Assembly (NCBI RefSeq): GCF_011745625.1
Contig: NW_027191455.1
Span: 124,001-188,000, forward strand
Reading direction: 5' to 3'
Length of the DNA stretch: 64,000 bases
Source of the DNA: Cladosporium halotolerans
Lineage: Eukaryota
Each line of letters starts with the position of its first letter. Position 1 is the first letter of the stretch. The position numbers were made by a program, and so were the translations under genes. Below, one piece after another: positions 48,802 through 60,210 of the stretch. Under the pieces are notes generated by a model. The model made no database searches, was not told the DNA's origin, and saw nothing but the letters and a program-made list of their open reading frames with translations.

Positions 48802-49542
48802 ACAGCGCTTGATCGTACTGCCGCAGGACTCCTGTCGTGAATCGACGCGGCTGCGGCGCCGACATGGGCGACGTCGCCTCGAAGTCGCATTGCTGCATAT
48901 CGAATGCCTGATTGGCGTCGCCTGGACAGCCACCATGTCAGCCATCCTCTACCTTTCGCGCGCTCCGGAGAGGCACTTACCTGTCGGTCCAATATCATAA
49001 GCCATGGCGAACGGGTTCTGGAAGGCCTGCGCCATGCCGCCCCATGTGCCATTCAGAGCGGTCATACTGTGTGCAGCAGCGATGTCTGCGGTCTGATTGA
49101 ACGCCATTTCTGCTCTCATCCAATCTTCCTGCCAATTATCGTAACCCATACCTTCGCCGGCGTTCGGAGCCTGCATCTGGTGATCCATTGGCATTGGTAC
49201 GTTCGCTGGTTCTTGTCTCTCAGGCGAGGGCCGTGGCAGAAGGGGCGCCATCGTTCTGTACTGTCGGTCGGTAGTGTGCGTTCTGCCCTCTGGGCCACCA
49301 GGGATAGCAGCGACACCAGGCTAAATATGTCAAGGATGCGATGTGTGTGATAGCTCCCCTCCTCAACACGGTGCGGCGATGAATGCTAAGATCTCTCATC
49401 CTATGGTACTTGCCCACACTTGCATTGAAAGCTAATTGCGGGCAGTCACTGACTTCACCTCGCCAGGGAAAGGCCGACCTCGACTTACCGACAGCGCGGT
49501 TGGCTTTCGAATGCGATCAACCACAGCAAGCACAGTCCGCAT
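48802..49542 (-). CDS. Spliced upstream reading frame (exons 49542-49489, 49320-48981, 48921-48802) 5' of the HapX-like gene: a uORF or an N-terminal extension
   Basis: Three GTAAGT donors (49488, 48980, 48801); acceptors TAG 49321 and CAG 48922, each with a branch-like site; the frame stays open for ~171 codons across both junctions. Confidence 0.55.
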
Positions 49543-50311
49543 GACTACACAGTCGCTGCTCGCAGCTCGTTGGGCCTGCTCGAAAAGATCCACAATGCGG
49601 CATTAATCCCCACCTGTGATCTCGATTCCAATGCTCGTCAGTCGACATGAAACCTCAATTTCCGATGGAAGAGCAATGTGCCATGTTGGAAGTCTCCAGC
49701 TTCCACGTTGATGCTCAGCCTCATGCTGAGTTATATCCAGCTCGGTCGTCATTGCCGGCGTGGTAGCCATCAAATAAATTCTCTTTCATCAAAGAAATCA
49801 AAGAGACTGTATCACGAGCTTCAAAAAGACGATTTGATCGCATACGGATGCTTCCATCTTCCATACAAGCATTATGCCGCTACTAGCGCCTTTTCAAAGG
49901 CGACGCTGCTACCCCTCCACAACGAGATGCAGTCGTTCCCAGCCCAGCCGGCATCCGTCGCTTTACAACGGTTGAAAAGACCTCAGAGTGGCCATTGCGA
50001 CGACCAGGTAGCATGTGAACATCTTATGCAAAGCGCCAAGACGACGAGTGTGACTTTCGTGCCGCGCCATACCACTGATATCTCACACAAAAAGTCCAAG
50101 CTTCACACCTTCGCATAAAAAAATTCTCGTCTCAATCCAGATGGTCTCCTGATAACCCCAGTGTACTATTCGGAACAGGGCGAGATGTACCAAGGGACTC
50201 GTGCAAGATGGCCCGAACAATGCATCCTAATTAAGCATGTAGTAATCTAGATCGCCATTTCTGCCAACATGCACAGACAACTACACATACTCCAACTCCC
50301 AAGAGCCCCAC

Positions 50312-51129
50312 CTACGCGATCCTTGCATCCTTCTCCGCCAAAATGCCCGCATCCTCCCCCTCCCCGTACATCAGATACTGCGCGCCGAGGTAGAAGTCGC
50401 AGCAAGCCTGGAACAGGCCGCACAGCTTGAAGGCCCAGGGCACGCCGCCCTCGCTGAGGAAGAAGTACGTCATCTTGAAGACGTCGCCCACGACCCAGTT
50501 GACCAGCACGCTGACCCGGAAGCCCTTGCAGCTGCGGCTGCGCGCGTTCTCCAGGATCTGCGGCAGCGGCAGCACGGCTTCCACGCCCAGCGCGATGTAG
50601 CCCTGCACGGCTGTGTAGGAGGCGCTGCTGGAGCCGAGGAGGAACTGGAGCACGGCGAGCGCGGCCGTGAAGTACGCCAGGAAGTGCCAGTAGGGGCGGC
50701 GCGAGCGCCATTGCCAGAAGTCGTAGGGTCTGCTGGCGCTGCTGGAGCCTGAACCCTCGGAGAAGGGCTTGCTCATGCTTTGCTGCGGAGATGGGCGGTG
50801 CAGTAGGGCGACGTGCAGGAGGAGCAGTTGGACGAAGACCATGATGCCGGCTTGGATTAGAAGGGGCGTGTCGAAGCGAGCGCCGAACCAGTAGAAGAGC
50901 CTATCATTGAAGATTAGCGACATCGGAATCATATGTTTAATTCGTAACGTAGTAAGAATGCCTACTTGAGAATGCTAGACACGAGCATAATGAGCGGGAT
51001 GTCGAGGGAAAATCCCGCGCTCGAGCGCTTCTTGCTAATCGACCATATCTGATCTGCGTACGACGTGATCGGAGAAGTGACGATGAAGACGGGTGCCACA
51101 TGCGTGACAGCCCACTTGACGAAGGTCAT
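50312..51129 (-). CDS. PQ-loop repeat membrane protein (Any1/PQLC1-like); intron ~50965-50901 and a probable 5'-UTR intron
   Basis: 'SPITSYADQIWSI...SSAGFSLDIPLIMLVSSILK', 'RPYDFWQW', 'EAVLPLPQILEN...GFRVSVLVNWVVGD'. Confidence 0.88.
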
Positions 51130-51923
51130 CGCCCTGTATCGATGCGAATGTCAGCATATTGCCGTAATGGGGCGTCAGGAAGACGTGCGCTTCAGGATCC
51201 CACGAGAAGTCGCGCCACGCAGGTAGGCGTTCGAGGTACGAGCTCTTGTCTGTCGCCATGGCCCTATACACGACAAGCCTTGTAGCTACCGTGTGGGTGG
51301 AAACAGATAGGATGGAATTACCTAAAAAATCTGGGCGTTGGAAGCAGGGGTTCGTTTCGCGCTGCGACGGACGGAAGCCCGCGGAGGAGTTGGCGACGGA
51401 TGAGATTTGAAGCTTATTATTCGTCACCGCAGCATGCTCGAATTTGTTGATTCTTTGTCTAGGCGAGGAAGACAGGACCAGCAAAAGTTGGTGTCAGGAT
51501 GGCGAGACGATGCAAAGCACAAGATCTAGACACGCGTTGCCGACGGGCTGGATTCTCAGGAGAAAGCCGGCAGAATCAAATCCCTGTCGTGGCGCGGTGA
51601 GACAGGAGATCTTCACAGCTAAAGACGGCGGGCCGTTGCATTCGTCTCTCGCTTGTGGCGTAGGGCTTATCTGCACGATGGTGTTATAGCGACTACATGT
51701 CATTAAGAGATAATGCATATCATCGACTGACTCAAATCTGTCCTTTGCGTCTTTGTGTATTTTGAAACAGACGATTCGCCCCTTCACTGAAATCAGGCCA
51801 AAGAATCTGGACCTCAATAGAGATAAAAGCCTTTCTCCCAACCCTCCACAATCGCAACATCCACAGCCTCGCAAAAGGACCTGAAATTGAACCCACAGAA
51901 CACCACCAAGGATCCTCCTCAAC

Positions 51924-52622
51924 ATGGCAACTACCCCAGAAGGCCGCAGCGCCTTCTTCTACGGCACCCTCATGGCCCCACAAGTCCTCCACCGCGTCTG
52001 TCACGGCTCAACCGCCCCGGACAACCCAATCTACGCGACGCACAACCTCAAAACCTACCCGGCAATCCTCCCCGCCCATCGCCGCCACCGCGTCCGCCAC
52101 GCCGATTACCCGGCCATCATCCCGCACGCCGACAGCTCCGTGCGGGGCACTGTCGTCACGGGCCTCACGGACTCGGACATCTGGCGCTTGGACATCTTCG
52201 AGGGCTCGGAATACGAGCGGGGCAAGGTGAAGTGCAAGCTGCTGAAGGAGGTTGGGGACGAGAAGGGGGAGGGGAACGTGGAGGGCGAGGAGGTCGAGGC
52301 GGAGACGTATTTGTGGATTGCGGGGGAGAGCAGGCTGGAGGCGAGCGAGTGGGATTTTGGCGAGTTTCAGAGGGAGAAGATGAGGTTTTGGGTTGGGGCT
52401 GGAGGAGAGGGGGAGTATGCTGGTGAGTGTTGACGGTATTGGGGATGTCGGTTCTGTGTTTGAAAATGTGGTTGTACTGACTGTTGTTGTGTTACAGATG
52501 TGGACGAAGCTGTGGCAGAAGCAAAGCAGGATGGGACGGGTGGCAGGGGCGCAAATGGATTCATCTCGAGCGCGCTCGCTCAAGAGCACAAGAAAGACGA
52601 GGTCGTGAGAAATGCAGTGTAA
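51924..52622 (+). CDS. AIG2-like gamma-glutamylcyclotransferase-family protein; intron 52423-52497
   Basis: 'AFFYGTLM', 'RHRVRHADYPAI', 'LDIFEGSEYER', 'EWDFGEF'; exon 2 'DVDEAVA...DGTGGRG'. Confidence 0.88.
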
Positions 52623-52944
52623 ATGATTGGGAAGGTTGAAAGGGAGATGAGATAGACGCTAGACATTGAGCAAGGAACTGAAGTAGGTCATTGTTAACGT
52701 ATGCTCGTTTTCTCATTATGTACGTGCTCGCTCTAATGATGCTCATGTGTGAGTGCTTCCCAGGTATAATAGGATTTAACCGAATTAGTGCCATGACAGA
52801 GTCTTGCCAACCATTGTCGTGCGTCGATTATCTAGAGGCTTCCCCCGCCGGCGGTGAAGACGGACGGGTAGGCCCTTCAGACGTCGTAAAAAAGAGCTCA
52901 GAGGACGAAGGCTTGCTCTCAGCGACCATGCGATCACCTTCATA

Positions 52945-55900
52945 CTATAAAGGTGTCGCAGGCATTTGATCGCTGTTGGAAAGAGCAGCAGGGAGAGGCC
53001 CGCCGCCCAAGATCCCGCTTAAGGCATCCAGTTCAGGCGAGCGGACTTTGTGAAAATTTCGCCTTGCGATATCTTCTCGGTACTCAGCCTCTTCTCGATC
53101 GGCGTGATCTAGCATCTCGTCTGCATCGTCTTCGGCGTTTGTGGCTGCGGGCTCGTCGAAGGTATTTGGCTGTTCAGAGGCTTTTCGTTTCCGCGTCGAC
53201 TCGCTTCCGATCCGGTCGATCAAAGGTCTTGGAACGCTGGACTCCAATAGCTCGTCATGGTCGTCGTCAGGCGACCCGTCATCCTTGCAAGACTGGGCTT
53301 TTCCGCTTGCCTCGGCCGTGGTATCAGGCACTGGAACTTGACGATCCTCATGCTCCGCAGAGGGTGCTCTCGAAGCTTTCGTAGAGGGAGCTTTGACCGG
53401 CGACGCGACTCTGCTTTGAGGGGCGGTGGGTACTTGGCTCCCAGGTGGTGATGGCTGGCTTCCGGCGGCAGCGGCAGGCGTAGCCGAAGTCTGTGCTGTG
53501 GAGCTCGCGGCAGCCGCAACTTTGTCCTTCTCCAACCTCTTGGCTTTCTTCTGCGCCTGTCTCTCCGCATTCTGCTCACGGTGCAGTCGCAGCACGTCGT
53601 CCCTGAGCTCGTCGCGCTTGGTGGAGGGACTGAAAGACTGAAACTCGGCTCTCTGGTCCAGCTTGCGACTGAGCACTTCGTTGACGAACGCTTGTGGATC
53701 CTTTGCGAACTCTTCGACGTATCCGATCAGATACAGGCCACAGTCGCAAAAGTTCGACTGTTCGGGAATGCCAACGGCTTTCATCCCTTGGATAGCATCT
53801 CGGTCCACTTCCATGCCGCGCTTGTCTTTAGCTTCAGCCAAGACGTAATCTTTCAGGAAGCCCACCTGGGGTGGGTGCCCCACACCAAAGGAATCCAGCG
53901 TGATGATGGTGGGTCTATCCAGGGGATATTTCCTAGGAGGAGGTGGTGCGCGCTTCTTCGACTTCTTGCCAGACCCTGCAGGCGGCGGAGGTGCGGACTT
54001 TTCGGTCTGTTGGGAACCTTGAGCATTGTCCGCTGCCTCACCATCCTCGTCAACAGCGGGGGTCTCGCTACCCTTGGCCTGCGCAGTTTCGCCATCGCTG
54101 AGCTGAAGGTTGCGCATTTGCTCCACATCGGGCTTGTCGGGTTTGCTGGCCTCTTGAGAATCTGGAATCTCAGGGTCCCTGATGGGGGATTGACGGGCAG
54201 AAGTCTGCTGTGACTTGGACGGTGTTGCAGCAGCATCGGAATCGCCGACGCCTAGATCGACAGGCTTGCGATCCAACTGTGGCAGATTGCATATGATAGC
54301 CACGTACCAATGCAAGTTCTCATTGATAGGCACCACGATGTAAGGGACGTTGATCAAATCCTTTTGCTTCGTCCACTTCTTGACCGCGTCGTAGTTGAAA
54401 GCTCGTCGACCGTTTTTGTTGGTCAAAGAGGTGAAGAAGTACGAGTTGAAGAAATGCACCTTGTCTTTGTGCTCGGGCGCCATGTTCTCCTCGATGCGGC
54501 GCAAGGCGTAACCGACAATGTTGTCGTTCAGAAATTCGCCTTCGTCCAGTCTCTCTAGATCCTGGAAATCGACGGTGACCCTCTTCGCTCCTGTAGGCGG
54601 ATACATCACGGATTGATTCCATGGGGTCGGTTTGTGAACCTCTGTCCATCGCTCGATGGGCGGCGGCGAAGGGGATTTCACCCTCACAGGCTTCGACTGG
54701 CGAGTCGATTTGCGTGTGACCTGGGAATCTGCGAAGTACCGAGATGTCGTTGCCTGGCTTAATGCACGTTCAGGCTTGCGTTGAGTGTTTGAAAATGTCG
54801 ACAGTCCATGCTCAGCTGCATTGTCAGGCTGCTCGTAGAGGATCTGCTCCTCGCTTGCCGCTCGTTCTCGCTCTGCGCGGGTAGGCATTTCTTGAACATA
54901 GCGCAAAGCGGTTTCGAGTTGATCTCTTGCCTTTGCTTTAGCCTTCAGCGAATCAGTTTTCACCTGCGTAGCCAGGTGATCGAACGTCCTCTCCATTCGC
55001 TCGTTGTCAAAATGTGCAGATTTGAGGGTGTCGTTGCATGCGCTCAGAAGCTGATTGTAGCAATCGCTCTTGCCGCGCTCATCTCGAAACAAAAGCAATA
55101 TATTGCCGTTGCTTCGGTTCGTACTCGGGCCCTTGATTATGACCTTATTCGAAGAGTGGCAGTGCTGCCACATGGAGGCTTCAGAGCTGCCGAATACCAT
55201 GGCTTCCATCACACCGTGGATTTTGTAAGGCTTGCTGTTAATCAGGACCTGATACTGCTTTTCGTCCTCCTCCCAAACCAGGTCAATACGTTGCTTCTCG
55301 TCGGTCCTTACTTTGGTGTCTAGGACACAGCCTCTACTGTAGATGGCTGCCAGCGATATGCGATCGTTTTCTTCCTCGCTGTCTGAAAATCTTGCCCGTC
55401 GTGCTGGAGCCGGCTCACTCTTCCTTGACGTGAACCTGGTCGGAGGCAAATTCGACGGAGATTCCTCGCGTGCCCCGCCCCGGGCGGCTTGTCTGGTCGG
55501 CGATTCTTGTTGCGCCCGAGAACCAACAGTCGTAGCTCCTCCGAGTTGGTCAGGGCTGTCATCCATGAAACTGACCGTCGAACCTCGTGATCTTCCCTGC
55601 ATCCTACCCACCACAGACGGCTTGCGGGGTTGAGCCTGTGCTTGCTGTTGTGTCGTCTCGTCGTCACGGCGGAACTTGATGCGGGTGTCTCCATCTGCGC
55701 TTTGTCGTGGGGCCAACGGTCCAGGATGCTGTTGCTGGCTTTGCATTTTGGCAGTAATGAATTTTCCAGCCTGTTGTGACAGCTGCTGCTGTTTGGAGTT
55801 GGGCGTCAGTCTCTTGGACATGAGTTCGTTCATCTTCTGCAAATCGCGGGCCTCTTTCTGAGTCTTGATGTTGTCAAAGCCTTCTGTCAGATTGATGCGA

Positions 55901-56898
55901 GGTGGAGTTGTCTTGCGTCGGCCGGCATCGAACTCGATTGGCTTCGAGGGAAGCGAAGATTTGCTGAGATCCTCGACACTAGCGAGCTCCTGCTGACTAC
56001 CAGCTATTGAGACTGAGCCAGCTTCAGGCACTGCTTGTGCCTGCGAGGATTGACTCGGCGTTCTGCGCCCGCTAGACCCTCGGCGTCTCGACTTGTGTGG
56101 ACGAGGGGCTGTGTAGCTATTCACTTTGTGTGTTTCCGTTTGGGTAAACCAAGGGATTTGGCTTGATGGCTGGGATCCGACTTCGGTCACAGAATGCTGG
56201 CTGCTCTGGGAAGATTGCTGCACAGGCTTTCCATTGACCGCTTTAACCTGACCTTGAGGGATTTCGCTCTTAGATCCATCCGAAACAAGGTCCACAATCT
56301 CAGGCGCGGCCGAGGCGTGTGGGGCACGAGAAGTCTTTCTCCGTTTTGCACTACAGTTATCTTGTCTGAAAGAGTCACCGACATGCTGGTTCGAGGGGAG
56401 GCTGCGTGCCGGAGCTGATGCTTGCTTTGATCCGTACGTCTGCCGGGCAGGTTGCTTGAAAGCATTGTTGTTGGCCTTTCCTGATTGCTGGTTTCCCAAA
56501 GTATTGCTGAACTTGAATGCACCGCCCAGACGTTTTTTCGTCGCGGGCTCCTGGACTCGGTGTTGCTGGGAAACGACATCGTCTTCCTGTGCCGGATTTG
56601 TTGGCATCATGATCGGTGTGCCCTTCACGGGCTTCCCACCTCCAACCCCAGTCAACCTGTACTCGTCCTCACTAGGCCTCCGCATCTTTTTGGTTGCTCG
56701 TAAAGAATCCTCGTCTGCTCCCCTGCTTCGTTTGTTCGGCGCCGCGGGTCCACGCTCCCCCGCCGTGCCGCTCATGTCTTCACTGCGTTCCTCATGTGTT
56801 TCGTGCGCGTCGTTGTCCGCGTCCGCCGACCTTCTCAGTTGAGGAATAAACGCGGCCGCGAGTTCCAGCGGCTTTCTCCAGAACTGTTCGTGCGGCAT
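52945..56898 (-). CDS. Ulp2-like C48 SUMO protease; start uncertain
   Basis: 'LDEGEFLNDNIV', 'FFNSYFF', His 'NLHWY', Asp 'ITLDS', Cys 'QSNFCDCGLY'; long disordered N-terminus. Confidence 0.92.
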   Translation of the reverse strand: MPHEQFWRKPLELAAAFIPQLRRSADADNDAHETHEERSEDMSGTAGERGPAAPNKRSRGADEDSLRATKKMRRPSEDEYRLTGVGGGKPVKGTPIMMPTNPAQEDDVVSQQHRVQEPATKKRLGGAFKFSNTLGNQQSGKANNNAFKQPARQTYGSKQASAPARSLPSNQHVGDSFRQDNCSAKRRKTSRAPHASAAPEIVDLVSDGSKSEIPQGQVKAVNGKPVQQSSQSSQHSVTEVGSQPSSQIPWFTQTETHKVNSYTAPRPHKSRRRGSSGRRTPSQSSQAQAVPEAGSVSIAGSQQELASVEDLSKSSLPSKPIEFDAGRRKTTPPRINLTEGFDNIKTQKEARDLQKMNELMSKRLTPNSKQQQLSQQAGKFITAKMQSQQQHPGPLAPRQSADGDTRIKFRRDDETTQQQAQAQPRKPSVVGRMQGRSRGSTVSFMDDSPDQLGGATTVGSRAQQESPTRQAARGGAREESPSNLPPTRFTSRKSEPAPARRARFSDSEEENDRISLAAIYSRGCVLDTKVRTDEKQRIDLVWEEDEKQYQVLINSKPYKIHGVMEAMVFGSSEASMWQHCHSSNKVIIKGPSTNRSNGNILLLFRDERGKSDCYNQLLSACNDTLKSAHFDNERMERTFDHLATQVKTDSLKAKAKARDQLETALRYVQEMPTRAERERAASEEQILYEQPDNAAEHGLSTFSNTQRKPERALSQATTSRYFADSQVTRKSTRQSKPVRVKSPSPPPIERWTEVHKPTPWNQSVMYPPTGAKRVTVDFQDLERLDEGEFLNDNIVGYALRRIEENMAPEHKDKVHFFNSYFFTSLTNKNGRRAFNYDAVKKWTKQKDLINVPYIVVPINENLHWYVAIICNLPQLDRKPVDLGVGDSDAAATPSKSQQTSARQSPIRDPEIPDSQEASKPDKPDVEQMRNLQLSDGETAQAKGSETPAVDEDGEAADNAQGSQQTEKSAPPPPAGSGKKSKKRAPPPPRKYPLDRPTIITLDSFGVGHPPQVGFLKDYVLAEAKDKRGMEVDRDAIQGMKAVGIPEQSNFCDCGLYLIGYVEEFAKDPQAFVNEVLSRKLDQRAEFQSFSPSTKRDELRDDVLRLHREQNAERQAQKKAKRLEKDKVAAAASSTAQTSATPAAAAGSQPSPPGSQVPTAPQSRVASPVKAPSTKASRAPSAEHEDRQVPVPDTTAEASGKAQSCKDDGSPDDDHDELLESSVPRPLIDRIGSESTRKRKASEQPNTFDEPAATNAEDDADEMLDHADREEAEYREDIARRNFHKVRSPELDALSGILGGGPLPAALSNSDQMPATPL

Positions 56899-57776
56899 CT
56901 GAGCGCCAGAAGAGAAGACCACGAGCCGTGAACCTCAAGGTCCGCCACGGCGAGCTCGTGGAAAGATTTCGCGCGCGCTGCTGCTCCGGATTAAGGCTGC
57001 CTTCATGGCGGGTTTCACGCCGGTCGAGACGACTTCCAGGTCCCTGCAATTCTGCGGGCGAGCCGGGAGGTGGGCGCACGGGGCGAGATTGAGGTCGGGC
57101 GCGTGCGAGGCAGGTGAATGTTGAAATCCCAAAGGCGCGTGCAGACAGCCGAAAGTGCTCACAGCTTCGCACGAGGTGCAGAGCGAAGCGAAGCGGGACC
57201 CGCGCGCTTGTGAAGGTTTACGTTTGCTGACGTCTGGATGCACGTTGTTCGGTGGGGACGTGAACGGCTACGCTAACACGGGGAATTAATGGTGGAAGCG
57301 AATTTGGGTTTCGGTGGTCAATCGTGTACTAAAACGGAGGAATGCTTTGCAGTGTTCGATCGCTCGGGCCAAAGCCTCGACGCGCTAAATGCATTTCGAT
57401 TTTGCCCAAGCGCGGAGCAATGGTGTACAGACTCCCAAAAAAGTGAACGCTCATAGCCCGCCCGTTCGTCCCAAAGAACAACACCGCTTGACACGTCCCT
57501 ACATAAGCGGCATTCCCAAACCTGAGCCAGTGGCTCGACCAAAATTCATACTACATAGTACACGCTACTGCACCCAGCAAGATCCCAACCATGCGAAGGG
57601 CCGGCTTTCCGATCGGATGTTTCGCGTTTTGACACCTGACAAGACTCGCCCTGCAGAACGGCAGAGTTGGAGGCACGCTATTTCTTGCTCTCCTCCTAGG
57701 GCTTGTAGCGCTTTCGCTCAGTCGGTTCCGGTGGCCAGCTGCCAGGCATGGCCCGATAGAAGCAGGGATCAGCATT

Positions 57777-58895
57777 CTATGCCTTTCCCTCGTCCTCGGG
57801 CTTCTCCTGCTTCTGCGCCATGGTATTTCTCCTTGACGCGCTCTGCTGGTTCTTCTCCTGGCGAGCTTGGTCAACGGCATGGCGTTGCGTGATCGAGTCG
57901 TCATGGCTCTTCCATTGTAACACGGTGTCCGCGGGCAGATCCAAGACACGCTTCAGCGTCTCGCGAATCTTAACGTTGCGGCCGCCATCGTTCTTGGTCC
58001 AGATCGAAAACACGTCCTCGCCAGAACGCACACTCACGACCGCACCGCAGACCTCCTCGCCAGCCTCCGCGAACTGATCGCCGATCAGCGCGAGCAAAAG
58101 GTTCTCCCAGTAACGGTCTGCGATACCCTTCTTCAACCGCATGATCCACTTGCCGCCACGCTTGTTCTCCTCATCCTCCCAGACCGGCCGGATGCCCTCC
58201 TTGAAAAAGTGGTAGTCGCTGACTGCGGGGAGCAAGCTAGGTCGCTTGAGGTGTTTGTATACTGTCCAGAAGTTCTGCGCGGTGGCTACCCTACACAGAG
58301 GCTTCATAGACTTTTCGTAGTCCGAGTTCTTGTTGGTGGGCGGGCGGTAGTAGACGATCCACGAGTACCTGAGAGGCCATGGCTGTGTGAGTTCTTTGTT
58401 GGGTGCTTCCTGCACAGGCGTCTGCAGGGCAGACTGCTGCTTCCGCGCAGCAGGCCTCTTGCTACTGTCTCTCTCTTCCTTGTCCGTCTCTTTCTTGTCA
58501 CCACCGACTTTGCCAAAGTCGAAGGCCGTCCCGGGCGTCTTCGGTGTCTTCCCAGATGCTCCGAAAGATGCAAAGGCACCGCTCCCAAGTCCAAATGCAG
58601 AAGATCCACTCGCTGTGGGAGACGACACTGCTGAGGTTGGGATGTGGCCGATAGGATTGAAAGAACCGCCCTTGCTGTGACCGCTTGCGGTATTACCGAA
58701 GCGCTTCGTAGAGTCGGAGTTCTCTCTGCTGTTTGAAGGATCTCCTTTGTTCATAGAAAGACTGAGCTTGCTGCTGCTACAAATCGCATTTGCAATCAGT
58801 GACCGCACCATTAGATTGAATAGCCGGGGTCAAAATACTCACTTCGAGCGACGGGTCCACAGGCTAGATGGGCTGTTGTCGTCTTTCTGAGCCAT
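57777..58895 (-). CDS. Class II eIF4E (4EHP/eIF4E2-like) cap-binding protein; intron 58842-58777
   Basis: 'PLRYSWIVYYRPP', 'FWTVY', 'DYHFFKEGIRPVWEDEENKRGGKW', 'VCGAVVSVR', 'SIWTK'; Tyr appears to replace canonical Trp residues in the N-terminal core. Confidence 0.9.
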
Positions 58896-59596
58896 TGGCC
58901 TGACTTGGCGTCGATTTATGTGTGGATTTGGTTATGCACGAGCGCAAGGTGCTAAGCGAGCGAAGAGTGTCGGCGGGAGGCGTAGAGACTTCCGATGGAG
59001 CGCTGTGGGTTCGGGATGGGTATAATCGAGAGAAGCGTAGCGACTGGTGGAATCGTAATATCGATGGCGACCGCGGTTGATTAGAGGTGGGGTGTCAAAA
59101 TATGGTGAGTGGGAATGGGTTGATGATCGGTTGCGAGAGGGCGGGTATCGTGGTGGTGTGCAGCAGCCAAAGCTCGCTCGCACGACGAGAGGCGGAAGAG
59201 AGGGCAGAAGCGCGGGCCACGCGCAAACCTTGTTCTACTTCCCTCAAGTTTGCGCTTCGTCTCCTCTTCTCTTCTTCTCTTCTATACAAACCAGACCACC
59301 AACTCAAATCATCGTCCTTGCCATGCGGCTCTTTGCAGCCGACTTCAATGGCGCTGGCGACTCCGATGCGTCGGTCGAGATCGACACACCACTTTTAAAA
59401 CCGTCGTCGCGAGGGTAGTCTCTTTCGGGACAGCGCCCATGATACGGTGACGACCTACTAGATGGGACAGCCATGCATATTCGCATAATATCTCGTAAAC
59501 TTTTCGGTCGCTCCATGCAGGCCCACAGCGATCGTGTGGCCTCGGAAGAACCTAGGGTAAGCTTCTGTCTTGCTTATATTATCAGGGGGCGTCCTG

Positions 59597-59712
59597 GATT
59601 CATGATGACCTTTCGATCTGGTAAACCAACTACAAGCTCAACCGCACCAACGCTCACTCGCGTGAGCGTCTAGCAGGTCGAGCATGAGGACAAACCGGCT
59701 ATGTCTGATTAT
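59597..59712 (+). ncRNA. Candidate intron-encoded box C/D snoRNA
   Basis: Box C ATGATGA 59602-59608, C' ATGAGGA 59684-59690, box D CTGA 59705-59708, an internal 8-bp hairpin and a flanking external stem; it lies inside a GTAAGC(59557)...GCTGAC(59761)...TAG intron. Confidence 0.65.
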
Positions 59713-60210
59713 TTCCAACCGCCTATTTGTACTTCCAAGTCAGCTGCTGCAAATATGTATGCTGACTTGCGAAGTATAGATCTGTCTAGGTATCCTGGTT
59801 TGTTTTTTAAACAATGTGCATCATGCGTAACACTTTGCGTGCAAGGAGGACCAATACATGCTCATGTAAGGCAGAAATCGATCGCGCCATCAGCCTTCTG
59901 GTGTCGTTCACAGCGATTATTGTACACAGATCGTCTGCCAATATCACGGTTGATATCACGTGCTCAAGGCCGCTCTTCCAGTCCAAACTCGGTACCTAAG
60001 CTGCTAAGGTCAGGTATCTGTCAAATTGGCTTCCAGACGGGAGGTGCGAGCCCCACGGCACGGCTCTTCCCTTGGTGCAGCTCTCCCCAGACTCGACCCC
60101 GCCACACGTGCTACCTCAGGTAGGGTAGATAAGCGCCGTGCTTCAGGCAAAACACGTTCAGTATTCCTCTTCTCTGTCCAGCTTTCTCCTATCTCAAATC
60201 TTCCACAATC

